Part shown: piece by piece, positions 25,491 through 38,800 of the stretch | Layout: every line of letters begins with the position of its first letter | Numbering within the stretch: position 1 is the stretch's first letter | DNA from: Selaginella moellendorffii | Lineage: Eukaryota; Plantae; Lycopodiophyta | DNA: 63,473 nt | Direction: 5' to 3' | NCBI RefSeq assembly: GCF_000143415.4 | Contig: NW_003314294.1 | Location: forward strand, 1,292,416-1,355,888 | Notes under the pieces: model-generated | What the model saw: only the letters and a program-made list of their open reading frames with translations | Database searches by the model: none | Told to the model about the DNA's origin: nothing | Translations under genes and position numbers: made by a program

Positions 25491-28400
25491 GTTCGTGGGG
25501 CCTTATGAGATTGAGGCTCGAATCGGTAAAGTGGCTTACCGACTCCGACTTCCTCGAGAGATGGGGAAGATGCACCCAGTGTTCCACGTGAACTTACTCA
25601 AGCCATACTTTGAGGATCCGCTTCGCAAGGACCAAGTAAGACCTTTACCTGAGGTTATCCAAGGGGAGGAGGAATACGAAGTCGAGGCCATCCTCAATGC
25701 GCGCAAGAGCAAGCGACAAGGACGCGAGGTGAGAGAGTTCCATGTGAAGTGGAAAGGATTTCCACACTGCAAAGCAACATGGGAACCGGAGGAGAACTTA
25801 GCGAACGCGCGAGATCTAGTGGAGGAATTTCTGCAAGGCAGAACTCTATGTACTTATGCAAAGTTCAATTAAAAATATCAATTTGCAAAGTTGAGCAAGT
25901 GGCATGTGTTGGGACCCGAAGGCGCACCAAAGGTAAGCTAATTAGCATGGGTTAGCTAGGTCGACCAGGCGTAGGGGGCTACGCCCGACTCCCTGCGGGG
26001 ATGTCGAATCCGTAGACGTATTTTACGGAGGTTGGGTTCGAGTCCCAACCCCCTAGTAAAGCAAGGCTGGATTCAAGTCCCGACCCCATACTAGGGCGTG
26101 GTGAGGTGAGGAGTATAGGGACACCTATATTCTATTGTCATGGGCTATTGGCCGGGGAGGCTAACTTAGGCACACCGCTAAGTGGGGGGATGCCCCCGGA
26201 GACATGGTCAACAAGTCGTAGGATCAAAAGAGAGACGTTCGATGTGGGCATCGAACTTCTTCTATGGGTGGTGGAGTTGTAAGGAACCAACTCGCCGAGG
26301 TGTCGTAGGCTAAAGGAACCCCGAAAGCATGACCAAATGACAAAGAGTTCATCGGATGGGACCAAGTCGAAGATCGAGTCCAAGACTGACTCTAGGACCG
26401 AGTTTGAGATAGGGTCCGGAATCGAGTCTGAGACCGACTCGGGGACCGAGTTCGAGTCCGAGTTCGAGACCGAGTTCGAGACGGAGTCCGAGATCCGAAA
26501 TCGGGTCTGAGACCGAGTCCGAGGTCGAGTCCGAGGTCGGGTTCGAGATCGGGTCCGAGATCGAGTCCAAGATCGAGTCCGAGACCGAATCCGAAGTCGG
26601 ATCCGAAATCGGGTCCAAGATTGAGCCAGAGACTAAGTCCAAATACTAATACGGGTCAAGGGGTGAAAGCCCAAAGCGTGCGGGGGGTTCCAAAAGTATA
26701 GTAGGGATAGTGAGGTCCAGGAACCAGTTTAGAAGGGACTCTCTAGTGGGGCTCCCAAACTGACTTGAGGTTGGGATTGGGACCGAGGGGCCTTGGGTGG
26801 GAGTGAGCATGGACTTGGTTGGTGCCGGAGGGGCTATCCACGGAAGTGCTCGAGAGCAGCTCCCACTCCCGAAAGGGAAACTGATTGCGGTGCTCCCGGC
26901 TCAGGTGGAGTGGTGCCCCACTTGAGTACCATGCGGCTCATTGGTCCTCGCCCTTCCTAGGGGCTTGGGCCTTCCTTCGGGATGGAAGTGGGGGGGTAGA
27001 GGTACCCATACCGGGCCGCTAGGCCACAGTGTTTCGCCCCGGCGTCCCGAAGCAAGTGTTGCACTCAAGACTTGGGATTTAGAGGGTCCCATGATCAAGT
27101 CTTGTGGTACCAAGGGATGTTAGGAACCTGGAAGCTTGGTGTGCTTGGCTGCTTGTGCTTGCAGGGAGTGTAGCCGAACCTTAAGTCCAGTCTAGCCCGG
27201 GGAGAGGGATTTGGAGTGATTTGGGAATCCGTGGATGGATGGCTAACACTCCGTTACTCGTGCAGTGAGTAGCTGAAACCAAGTAGGAGCTGGTACCATA
27301 GGCGAGAACCTTGGCAAGGGAGACTTAGCAAAAGCCAAGGCAATGTTGGACGGATAGACGAGGTAAGCTGGCAAATTGGAAAGGAAAAATTTGTGGCTTA
27401 CACTCCTATCCATCATTCCCTTGGGCCTTATCCATTGCCACCTCCTGGTGTTTTAGAGTGCCTGGGTGTCCCAATGATGGCCTTTTTTGACAATAAATAT
27501 TCCTTTTACAACATTGACTTATTATATCGCAACATAAGCAATTTATCCCCCTATAAGGGTATACCTAACTTCCTTATCCCAATAAAAAGTCTTAGGTAAT
27601 TACCTTCTACTAGTTTAACAAATTATTTTGCCCATTTTGCTTAGTTACCTCATAGTTGTCAAATCTTACAACTCATTGCTAGTGCTTCCACACCTCCATC
27701 ATGGTCTTCTTCCCGAAAGAATTATCTTAGGGATAAACAAAAGAGGGGTATATGCAAGTATATTCATGTTCGCTGTTCTATGGGAAGGGGTTCTCATGAA
27801 CCTGCTAACTTAACCTCAAGACATCACGCCTTGGCACATTTGGTGTCTCCACACCGTCGGCTCCACAAGGCTACCTTTATGACACTTCTTGTTTGTGTCT
27901 AGGTCCTTGCCAAGACCAATAGAATTCTTTCTTGTGCTAACTATCCATTAACACTGCATTATAGAGTTTACACACAACTTTGTGTCAAAGTTGTTTATCT
28001 CTGGGAACACCTTTCCCACGACTTTAGTATGACACATTTTGCCATCAATGAGATACTTACTATTATCATATTTGGATCTTATGATCCTCTTCATCCTCTA
28101 TAGGGCACAACACACTTTAGTCCAAATGCTTTTACCAATCCCTTAGGACCATCCCTTGACTCTACTTGAGTCATCTAGCATTTTCAGACTTTACTAATCC
28201 AATGACCCATAAGGTTTTATTTTTGAGGTGCCAACTCGTTGGAATACAACTTCATGTATTCATATCTTATTTATAAGGACCATCTTTGCAAGTGTTACTT
28301 CAACACTTGATTTTGTTCTCTAAGGACAACCTTTGCCCTTTAGAACTATTTGTCCATGTGATAAGAATACCCACTCATCCTCTAAGTACACCCCCAACTC

Positions 28401-29630
28401 CTTGGGTTGTTCTAACATTTATAAAAGGTAGCCCTGGCTATCATTTCAAGGACTTGTGTTCTTTTTCGTATTTGACCTGTCACGATCATTAATTTTGGTC
28501 TCAAATTCATGAGCACCAACCTTAACTATCTGAGGATAATCTTGTGACTCCTTTATTATTCTGGAGTCTTTATCTTTCCCATGATCTTAACTATAGTTGT
28601 TTATCACAACTACATTAGCCAATTTGTTAAGTCAAACGCTCATCTGGTTCACATTCTCAGCTTTTTGAGGAAACCCTTATACTATTCCCAAGATACCAAA
28701 GTCATTCCCTTACTGGCCCTTTTCTATCCACCACATTGTGCACAAGTTCACACATGAACTTGAGTGGAGAGCCATATCTTCTCGACATACTGCCCCTCAA
28801 GGATAGGTCCATACCTAGGACCTTCCAATTTCAATACAAGTGGTGACATACTTGGCCACCAATAAAAGTTAAACTAAGGAATAGCTCCGATACTAAGTTA
28901 TAAAAAACTAATTTTTCCATTCTACTTTAGTCACTTAACCACATTTCTGACCACCTGGAGAATTCTCCCTCAGAACCCCCATAAGTGTAATTCCAAACTT
29001 ATGGTTTACTAGCCTCGAGGATGGCATCCATGGCGTTTAATCTTTGTACTTGGTCCAAGTGCTCCACGTGTCCAATCCCATGATCAACACCCAAAGGTAC
29101 CACTGACATATCAGCCTGTTAAGCTAATGCCATGCCCATTCACTTTTGTTGCACCGGTGGTCCAACACCATTTACATCACAGTCTTGTTTCTCAAAGATT
29201 GAGCCATTTATCCAGGAGTGATCATCTCAAACCCACTTTTTAGCATCCTTAGAATGCCCGTAGAAATGGGGAACAACTTTTCCCAATATCTCTTTTTAAA
29301 TCCTCACCAAGTCCCTTTTTGTCCATTACTATGCCTAGAACCTTCTTATGCCAACACTAGTGGTGATATACTTAAGCATTAATAAAAGTCGGACTAAAGA
29401 ACAACTCTAATACCAAATTGTAAGCGACTAATTTTTTCATTCTACTTTAGTCACTTAATCACACCTCTGACCACTTGGAGGAGTCTCACTTACAACTATA
29501 GTGCACCTAAATTTGGAGCCGAACTCCAAGCCCGTTACGCTACGAAACAAGGGTCTGGTACAATCCCACAAGCACCAGCTCCCCGTATCCAACACCTGCA
29601 CGCAAAATGGTGTCAGACGAAGTCTGGCAC

Positions 29631-30221
29631 TGTAGCACACCCTATTTCTCTCCCCTTAAGCCAACTGGAAAAGGGGCAATTGCTTGATGAGAGAGCCCTT
29701 AGTGGCTATTTTATCCCCATTTATCCCCCAAGGTTCCAAGGATTCAGGGTGACAGTATATCCAAATCTCATCCCATGATCACATGCACTACACTCACCCC
29801 CCCTTCAAAGATGTTAATGTCCTCATTGATTATTGACTAGCAACCCCTACTGAGCCAAGGGGAACCAACACCTTCATTTCCGCACTCAATTTACCAATCC
29901 TTCCATTGTGTAGATCAGTTATTCCATGTGAGGCAATTAGTCATCCACCCGTACTGCAGTCCTACGGTGGATACCTTCATCCGTGGATACTCCACACAAG
30001 AGGAAGGATATATGCATGGATGCCTAATACGTACAATTTCAAATTTAGGGGTTAGAATATACCTTGCTCAAGGGTATATTATACTTTTAAGTAGCCACTA
30101 ATCAATGGGAATTGAACTCATGCCATTTGCTCCGATACCAACTGTAGCGCACCCTATCTCAAGCCAATTGGAAAAGGGGCAATTGTTTGATAAGAGAGCC
30201 TTTAGTGGTTATTTTATCCCT
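29631..30221 (-). mobile_element. TRIM-like non-autonomous LTR element (LTR 29631-29792; second LTR from 30143 is truncated by another LTR)
   Basis: TGTAGC.CACCCTAT repeat at 29631 and 30143; reverse PPT CTCACCCCCCCTTC at 29793; reverse tRNA-Met PBS GCTCCGATACCA at 30129-30140; ~350 bp non-coding interior. Confidence 0.7.
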
Positions 30222-32340
30222 TGTTGGGGGAAGGAGGGGTGCCTCCCCCAACGCTCACTCAACACGAGAAATGCTTCACTACTCTCTGCCAAAAATGCCC
30301 CCCTTGCCCTTGTGAGGCAAGGGTTTTATACAAGGAAGATGGGGAATATTCTGAGGACTAGAATATTCCCTCTCACTCTCTCACTCTCTCCGTGGCCACG
30401 CCCTAACATGCAACCACGGTGGATCATGCTGGCTCCAGACGCACAAGAACCCTCCAAAGTGTGTAAAGTGTACCTCTGCTACTGATGCCAAGTGCTGGTA
30501 GCTGCGTGAAATAGTAGAAACTCTAAAAAACAAAGTGGAAAAGAAAGAAAAAAGGTAGGTGTGAAGTTTGGAGATAGGGAGGAAAACCCGGTGGGAAACC
30601 CTGTAGTCAAACTGGACCCTGAAGGTGAAGAAAAGTGTAGAAAAAGTATGAAAAGCGGAGGAAAATAGAGGAAAAAAAAGTGTGAGTACCCAAAGAACTT
30701 AACCCGTACCTGGCTTTCGGCTCAGGAAAGTATAATATGCAAATGCAGCCTCTTGATGACTTCCGGTATGCTCCAAGGATTGGCCGAAATCGAGAAAGAA
30801 AGAGAGGTAGAAGAGGGGATGCATTGCCCTATGGTGGTAAGTGTGGAAATGATGAAAGATGGAGTGACATGGTGGAGAGCCGAGATGGTGGTGGCACTCT
30901 GAAAAGGTGGCCATTGATAACCGTTGGCCTGTAGAGTAAGTGCTAACCACTTAGAGTAGCTGGTAACTGGTAACCGGTAACGAGTAACCAGTAACCGGGG
31001 ACCTCCGGAGTTACTGCTTTAGTGATTCAAAGGCTTGTTGCTGGGACTCACCCTAGACAAATGGAACATTGTGTTGTAGCAGAGGTACCAGAGGTTGTGA
31101 ACGTGCAGCATAGTTGTGGAGGAAACAGCGAAAGAAACCCGTTTGCCCAAGGAAGCTGCGAAGTTACTTCAAATTGGTTGGTGGGTTCCGATCTAGAATC
31201 TCCTGAGCCTAGCTATCTGGGGCTTGATCCCATCCTATGAGACATCAAAGCCTAGTAACTGGCCTTCAGTCACCCCAAATTTACACTTTGCCGGGTTCAA
31301 CGAAAACCTATGTTGTCGGTAGCGAGTGAAGATCTGTTCTAAGTGCACAAAGTGATCCTTAAAGGAGTCAGAGGTTGTGCACAGATCATCCATATACACC
31401 CTCAAGGCGCCTCCAATCAAGTCATGAAAGGCGTGGGTCATAAAGCGCTGAAAAGTAGCTCCAGCATTGCACAAGCCAAACGGGAGGACATTGAAAGCAA
31501 AGACGCCCCAAAGTGTCCGGAAGGCCGTAAGATCTCAATGATCCGGATGAATGAAGATCTGGTTGTACCTTGAAAAGCCATCCATGAAAGAGTAGTACTG
31601 GTGTCTAGCCATCTCATCCACAATTGCATCGATAAATGGAATTGGAAAGTGATCTTTTGTAGTTGCCTTGTTCAAGTTTTGAAAATCAATGCAAAGGCGG
31701 AGTTTTCCATTTGCCTTGTGTGCAGGGACAAGATTGGCCACCCACTCTGAGCTCTCCAAAGGGTAAATAAAGCCGACTGCTACAAGTCGCTCGATCTCCA
31801 ACTTCATCTTTGAGTGAGCTGCTGGGCTGAAATGCCACATCTTTTGACAAACTGGTTTGGCTGACTTTGAAAGCATGATACTATGCATGATTGTGTCCAT
31901 AGGAACTCCTAGAAGCTGGCTGTAGTCCCAAGCAAACACGTCCTTGAAATAGTGAAGGAGATCCAAGAGCTTTGCTGCGTTTGTTGAAGCAAGTGATGTG
32001 GCGATAAAGACCGGGTCGTTGTCATCACCTAGAAAAACGGCATGAACCCTAGAGTCTGGAGAAACCTTGGGCTCAAGGTCTCTATCTTTGATTCCTCCAT
32101 GACTCTGGAAACCGAAGAGCAGGGAGTGCCTTTAGCTTCTCGCATCACGGTGATTGCTTGGTGAGATAACCTGTTTGCCCAAAAGTTTTCTTCATAGGGG
32201 ACACTTTGAAAAGACACCTTAGAGAACTCATCCTTCAAGTTGACTGCCCACTGCCATAGCTCTTTCAGGTTCTTTTTGCGGACTTGGTATTCTCCAGTAA
32301 GTTGGCGTATGATGAGTTGCGCATCTCCAACAAAAGTAAT
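30222..32340 (-). mobile_element. Tat-type (TatI-like) Ty3/gypsy fragment: LTR 30222-30408, RT 31235-31966, additional RNase H upstream of RT
   Basis: RT with DVFAW, SEWVAN, MDGFSRYNQI, VYMDD. Upstream ORF with GDAQLIIRQLTGEYQV and EENFWANRLS resembles the archaeal-type RNase H. The LTR is shared with 62989-63194. Confidence 0.75.
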
Positions 32341-32899
32341 ATGAGGGATTGGGAATATATTCTTCACAATCCTATCATTTAATCCCTTGTAGTTCATATA
32401 GAGACATTATGTGCACTCTTTCTTCTTGACCATTACTACTGAAGTAGCCATTGTCAATGATAAAGAGTAGCTTTAGGAACCAAGTCAATCTCTTGTTAAA
32501 TTCCACATTTCAGGGGTAAACCATTAAGTAATTCATTTATAAATACGTCACAAAACTCCTTTTGAATATAGTTCACATGAGTTTTATGCATATAAACCTA
32601 CTCCAAATTAGACATGATTATATTAAAAAGAAATGGATACACTATAAAAGAACTAGTTATCTCATATGTGCACTTCACTAACTCCAAAGAATTAATCAAT
32701 AAAGTATCACAATTGTTTGTCCCAACAATATCTTTCACAGTGCTACCAACTTTGATATAGAGAATATTATACTTCTAATTGATCTCTAGCTTCTTATGAT
32801 AAAATAATTCCTTCCCAAGAATAACATCTGTGTAACCAAGATCTATAACCTGAAATGAAGGATGGTTGAGAATCTCTTAAATTGTTAAATGAACACTTA

Positions 32900-35800
32900 G
32901 AACCCATTCACCAAATGTTATTTTCGTACACCGTTTGGTTTATATGAGTTCTTGGTGATGCCGTTTAGTTTGAATAATGTTTTAGCAACTTTCTAGTGGA
33001 TGATGGATGAGGTTCTTTGTGATATGCTAAAGGTGATTATTAACTTCATTGATGATGTCTTGATCCACTTAGAGGGGACGTGGGAGGAGCATGTTCATGA
33101 TGTTTGTAAAGTGTTGAATTGGTTATAAGATGTTAGTTTAAAGTTGAAGCGGTTGAAGTGCGTGTTTGGGTCCAAGGACACAATTTATCTTATGTGTCAG
33201 GAATCCCTCAATTCTTGCCACATTCCTTACTCTTGCTGGATTCCTGACCTGCAGACCACATTTTTGACTCTTGAGACACTTCCCTATTCCTGACTCTCGA
33301 GAACTTCCCTATTCTTAACTCTTTGATTTCCAATACAATTCCTAAGTTTCGAACCACATTCCTGATGATGACATGGTGCGCTATATTTAGGCTGTCCTCG
33401 ATCCAAGAGTGGTGGAGCTTTATCAACCTATAGTATATATATGTTAGCTTTGTTCCATTTCTCTACAATATGAATCAACACCAGTCTAAGGTCTCTTCCT
33501 TGTTTTCACTAGCTTTTTTCTTTGTCTTCTGCATTTTCCAGTCTTTATCTTGTTAGGGATCTTGGCAATTTGATATAGATTGTGCTTTCTGCTTTTACTT
33601 TAGCTCATTTTGATTGTTTGACTGCCTCTGGCTTTTTTCCCCCTTTTTCTTTCTTCTTTGCCGATGGAATCTCCAAGCCATCCTGATTTCTTTGCCGAAG
33701 TCCTTGCAAAAATCTAGTCTAAGAATACCGAGCTAAAGGCAACCCTTCTTCATATGCAACAGGAGCTTGCTTCACTTTTGGCTCAAGGATCGAGCAAAGT
33801 TTCTGAACTGAAGGTGAGTTTCCCGACAAAGTTTTTAGGCAAGCGTTTGGAGCTTTGCGGATTCCTAAACCAGATGGAGCTGATCTTCGCACTTCAACAT
33901 CGGCGGTACCCCACTCCCGAGTTTCAAATTGGCATGATCGGGACATTGCTCGAAGGTGCAACTTTGTCATGGTTTTCTCCTCTCTTAGAGAAGAGCATGA
34001 AAGTGGTCGTGGTTTTAGAGCTGATGGATCTTCAGTTGTTCAAAGATAAACTCGAAGCATGTTTTGGTGAGATGGATCGGGTTCAGGCTGCCACCATAAA
34101 GATGACTCTCAGGGGTCTCGTCCTGCCTCGATCTATGCTATAGAGTTCCAACTCCTTACCTTGGACACTTAGTGGGATGAGTGGGCTCTGATTGATCAAT
34201 TTTGTTTTAGCCTCAACAATGGAGTCAAGGATTTGTTGCTCATCATGGAGGATCCTACAAACTTGTCGGACGCCATCAACAAAGCTGTTTGATGCAACAA
34301 TTGTCTCTTTGAATATCGTCAGGAAAATCGCCGCGCCGCTGTTTTCCCGTCCCAAACTCAGGAATCCCAGCTTGAGTTTTTAGGGCATACTTCTGAACCT
34401 ACTGTTCTGGTCCTGATGGATATTTTTGGTACTCCCAAACTCATTAGAGGGAAGTTGAGTCCTATTGAGAAGCAACGTAAAATATCTCATAATCTTTGCT
34501 TCTACTGTGCTGATCCTAATCACAAAGCAGCCATGTGTCCCAAGAAGCCTCCCTGACTGCTCGAGTTCACTCTGCCTCAAGGTCCACCTCTGTTGCAGTC
34601 GAGAAACGACCTTGTCCAAACATTGTAGGAGCTGTCTGTTTGGACTCCCTGAATAAAAATCACTTTTCTTCTTTATCAAACTCCTCACCACCTTTCATCA
34701 AAGCCACCACCAATTCCCTCAACTTCCACATCCTATGTCTCCTTTCTTTCATCAGACAATTAGGACTCAAGGCTCTAGCGCTACTGGACTCGGGTGCAAC
34801 TTCCTGCTTCATGGACACGGACTTTGCTGCCCGACATCACGTTCCTATTTCTCCTACCATACGAGATCTGAGGGTTGAAGGCATTGGCGGGCATTTTGTG
34901 TCTCCATCTTCTGGACTTAGGGAAACGTTGCCCGTTCGAGTACATATCAGGTCCACTATCACCGATATCACCTTCAACATCATCAATAACAAGTCCTCCT
35001 CTGTGGTGCTCGGCCTTCTTTGGTTCCAACTACACTAGCCTCATATCTATTGGAAGGAATTACAGCTCATCTTGCCCACATCACCATCTCCCATGGCTTC
35101 CCCTGCTGTTCATCGAGTCCGAGTCAGGAAAAGTTCCCTAAACTCAAATCAAGGTTCTGTTCACGACTCTACAAAGTTTTCATCCTCTTCTTTTCCCTCT
35201 CTTCCATCTTACACTGGACAATATCCTTGCCTCATCATTCCATTTAGTCATACACCTCCTCCTATCTCCACAATCACTATGAAAGAACTCCTTCATGAAG
35301 AATGTATTTTTCTTTTTGCTTTGCATGTTTCTCTTGTTAGCCTTCTTGAGAAGTATCATGATTTTGGGGATATGTTTGACAAGTAAAAAGCTAGTGTACT
35401 ACTTGTTCATCGGCTTTATAACTGTCCCATTGATTTATAGGAAGGAGCGTCACTTCCATGGGGGCCTATCTACGGGTTATCCCCGTTCGAGCTTAAGGCC
35501 CTCAAAGAGTACGTGGACAAGAACCTTGCCTCGGGTTACATTCAGCATTCGCAATCCCCGGCTAGAGCACCTGTCTTCTTTGTCAAGAAGAAGGATGGGA
35601 GTTTGTGGCTAGTCATCGACTACCGAGGGTTGAACAAGGTGACTGTTTAGAATTGTTATCTGCTACCCTTGATCTCAGACCTGTTGGAACACCTCAGTGG
35701 TGCCCGCTTCTTCACCAAAATCGACCTCCATGGAGCATACAACCTGATCCGGATCCGGCCTGGCGATGAATGGAAGATTGCGTTCCGAACCCGCTATGGC

Positions 35801-38800
35801 CACTTCGAGTACACTGTCATGCCATTTGGCTTGACAAATGCTCCAGCAGTTTTCCAACACATGGCGAACAACGTCTTTCGGGAGTTTCTTGATTAGATAG
35901 TGATTGTCTACCTCGACGGCATCCTCATCTACTCAAAAACTCACAAGGAGCACAACGAGCATGTGTGCAAGGTGCTGGCGAAGCTACGGGAACATGGCCT
36001 ATATATGAAGTTTGAGAAATGTTCCTTCGATCAAGAGTCTGTGGAGTTCCTTGGGTACATTGTCACTCATGAGGGTATTATGATGGATCCTGCCAAAGTC
36101 AAGACTATTCTCGAATGGAAGCCTCCACAATCAATGTTAGACGTTCAAGTTTTCCTTGGCTTCGTGAACTTCTACCGCAAATTCATTGATCACTACTCTA
36201 ACATTGTCCTTCCTCTCACGCATCTCACTTGCAAGGATGTTCCCTTCTCTTGGTCTACTGCTACCCAATAGACATTCGACACACTCAAAGCGGCCTTCAG
36301 TTCTGCTCCCATCTTGATCCACACTGATCCCTCACAACCTTTCTTCATCAAGGCAGATGCCTCCGACTTTGCCATTGGTGCTGTGCTGTCTCAACTCGGA
36401 GCAGATTAGGAATTTCATTCGGTCGCTTTCCATTTTCGGAAATTTCAGCCTGCAGAGATTAATTACGAAATCCACAACAAGGAGCTTCTTGCCATTATGG
36501 ATTCCTTTGGAGAGTGGCATCGTTTCTTTGAGGGGCGAGCTATCAAACAACGGTCTAAACGGATCACAAAAATCTTGAGTACTTTGCAACTTCCTGAGTT
36601 TTGAGCTGTCATCAGGCATGGTGGGCACAATTCCTAAGTTGGTTTGACTTTGTTATCAAGTATAGGCCTGGAAAGCTTCAAGGCCTTCCTGATGCTCTTT
36701 CAAAGCACTCCTATCTCAATCTCAAACCTGGTAATCCTGCCTTCGATCACCATGATCAGGTTATCCTTGGTCTTGATCGGCTTCAAGTTATGGCAATTTC
36801 CCTGGCCCCTCAAGACTCTTCCTTAATGGATGTGATCAGAAACAATCTTCAATTTGATGACCTCGCCAACAACATTTTTCCCCATATTCAGGCTGGACAC
36901 ACAGTGACTCTTAACTGCTGGCAATTTGATGAGTTTGAGTTCTTAGATGGCTTGTTGTACCATGGGGAGCAGCTTTATATTCCTGAAGGTGATGCTCAAA
37001 GGCAACTGTTGGTCCTGATGGCGTGCCACGATAGCCCGACTGCTGGTCACTTCGACATTGCAAAAACTTATGAGCTGGTTACACGGGACTTTTGGTGGCC
37101 TCACATGGATGACTACATCAAAGCTTTTGTTACCCTCTGTGACACTTGCACCTGGAATAAGGTACCTTGCCATCTTCCTTCAAATTTGCTTTGTTCCCTC
37201 CCAGTCCCTTCAAGTCCTTGGGAATCCATCTCCATGGATTTCTTGAGTGATCTTCCGAGTTCTAGAGGCTTCAACAGCATTTTGGTCATGGTGGATTGCT
37301 TCACAAAGATGGTGCACTTCCTGCCATGTACCAAGGAGTTTTCAAGTGAGGACATGGCAAAACTAGTATTCAGGGAAATTTTTTGACTTCATGGGATTCT
37401 TGCAGATATGGTTTCTGATCGGGGACCTCAATTCATCTCCCATTTCTAGCAACAGTTCTTGTAGCTACTTGGAGTGAAGGCTAACCACTCTTTGGTGTAT
37501 CATCCTTAAACTGATGAACAGTCTAAGCGAATGATTCAGAAGTTGGAAAAATTCCTAAGATGCTTTATCAACTATCATTAGGATGACTGGTTCAATATCC
37601 TTCCCCTTGCTAAGTTCTCCTATAACAACTCTGTTCACTCCTCCCTTCGAGTTTTCCCCTTTGCAAACTTTAGCTGAAATCCTAGATTCAATCTCTCACT
37701 TCCTTCTCCATTTGCATCCTCTTGTTCAAATCCCTGCTCTAAGGCATTTGTCTCCAACCTCCAGGAAATCCATAACTCCATCTCCTTCCACCTCTATCAT
37801 GATTAGGAATCTCATAAAACATTTGCCAATGTCCATCGTTAGGATTGTTCCCTTTACAATATCGGGGATAAAGTCTGGCTTCTTAGGCGAAATATCTCCA
37901 CCACCAGGCCACGTCCCAAACTCGATTTCTAATGCCTTGGTCCTTTCACTATCATTGCCATCATTAATCTTGTCACTTATCGCCTTGCACTTCCCTCCTC
38001 ATATCAATTTCACTTTGTTTTTCACTCCTCTCTCCTTGAGCCTTATATTCCCAGTCTTATTCCAAATCAGGTCATTCCTCTGCCTCCACTAGTGCAGCTC
38101 AAGGATGGGCCTGAGTATGAGGTTCAGGACATCCTTGATTCCAAGATCTCACGGTCTAAACTTTACTATCTAGTAGACTAGAAGGGTTATGGACTTGAGG
38201 AACGCACTTGGGGACCTTCGGATAACTTGATTCATTCTCCTAACCTTGTTCAGGACTTTTACCACTACTATCCTTCTCACCCCAATCCTCATTCTTTTCA
38301 TTCTCCATCTTTTGTCCCTCGCCACCCATCTCATCCTCCTCTTCATTCTCATTCACGTCCTCATTCCACTTGTTCTTGAGGAGGGGGTGCTGTCAGGAAT
38401 CCCCCAATTCTTGCCACAGTCCTAACTCTCGCCAGATTCCTGATCCGCAGACCACATTTCTAACTCTCGAAACACTTCCATATTCCTGACTCTCTGATTT
38501 CCCGTACGATTCCTGAGTCTCAAACCACATTCTTGATGATGATGTGGCCTCCTCGGCCTCAGCTATATTTAGGCCGTCCTCAATCCAAGAGTGGTGGAGC
38601 TTCATCAACCTATAGTATATATAGGTTAGCCTTGTTCTATTTCTCCACAATTTAAATCAACACCAGTCTAAGGCCTCTTCCTTGTTTCCACTAGCTTTTT
38701 TCTTTATCTTCTGCATTTTCTAGTCTTTATCTTATTGGGGGTCTTGACATTATGTACTGTATTTCTCAGGAGGTTTTGCAAGTTGATTTTGACAAATTTG

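Larger units (their letters stand above)
24029..25872 (+). pseudogene. Pol of element B: RNase H, integrase (two introns), GPY motif, chromodomain; has premature stops
   Basis: [18 protein letters not shown], zinc-finger region [18 protein letters not shown]|DG, FVGPY, chromodomain EYEVEAIL..VKWKGF..TWEPEENL. Stops at 24908, 25026, 25071 and 25320. Confidence 0.93.
21770..27402 (+). mobile_element. Chromovirus (Ty3/gypsy) element B with both LTRs; spans a scaffold gap
   Basis: LTRs 21770-22920 and 26278-27402 (TGTAAGG...GCTTACA); 5-bp TSD CTCCT on both sides; tRNA-Met PBS TGGTATCGGAGC at 22924; PPT GGGTGGTGGAGT just before 26278. Confidence 0.97.
17731..29500 (-). mobile_element. Old LTR retrotransposon, family A (3' LTR 17731-19330; 5' LTR remnants from 28899 and 29419); interrupted by element B
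   Basis: TGTAA...TCACA LTR followed by reverse PPT ACTCCACCACCC at 19331. Reverse tRNA-Met PBS (GCTCYRATACYA) precedes LTR copies at 28899 and 29419. Internal region is degraded. Confidence 0.7.
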
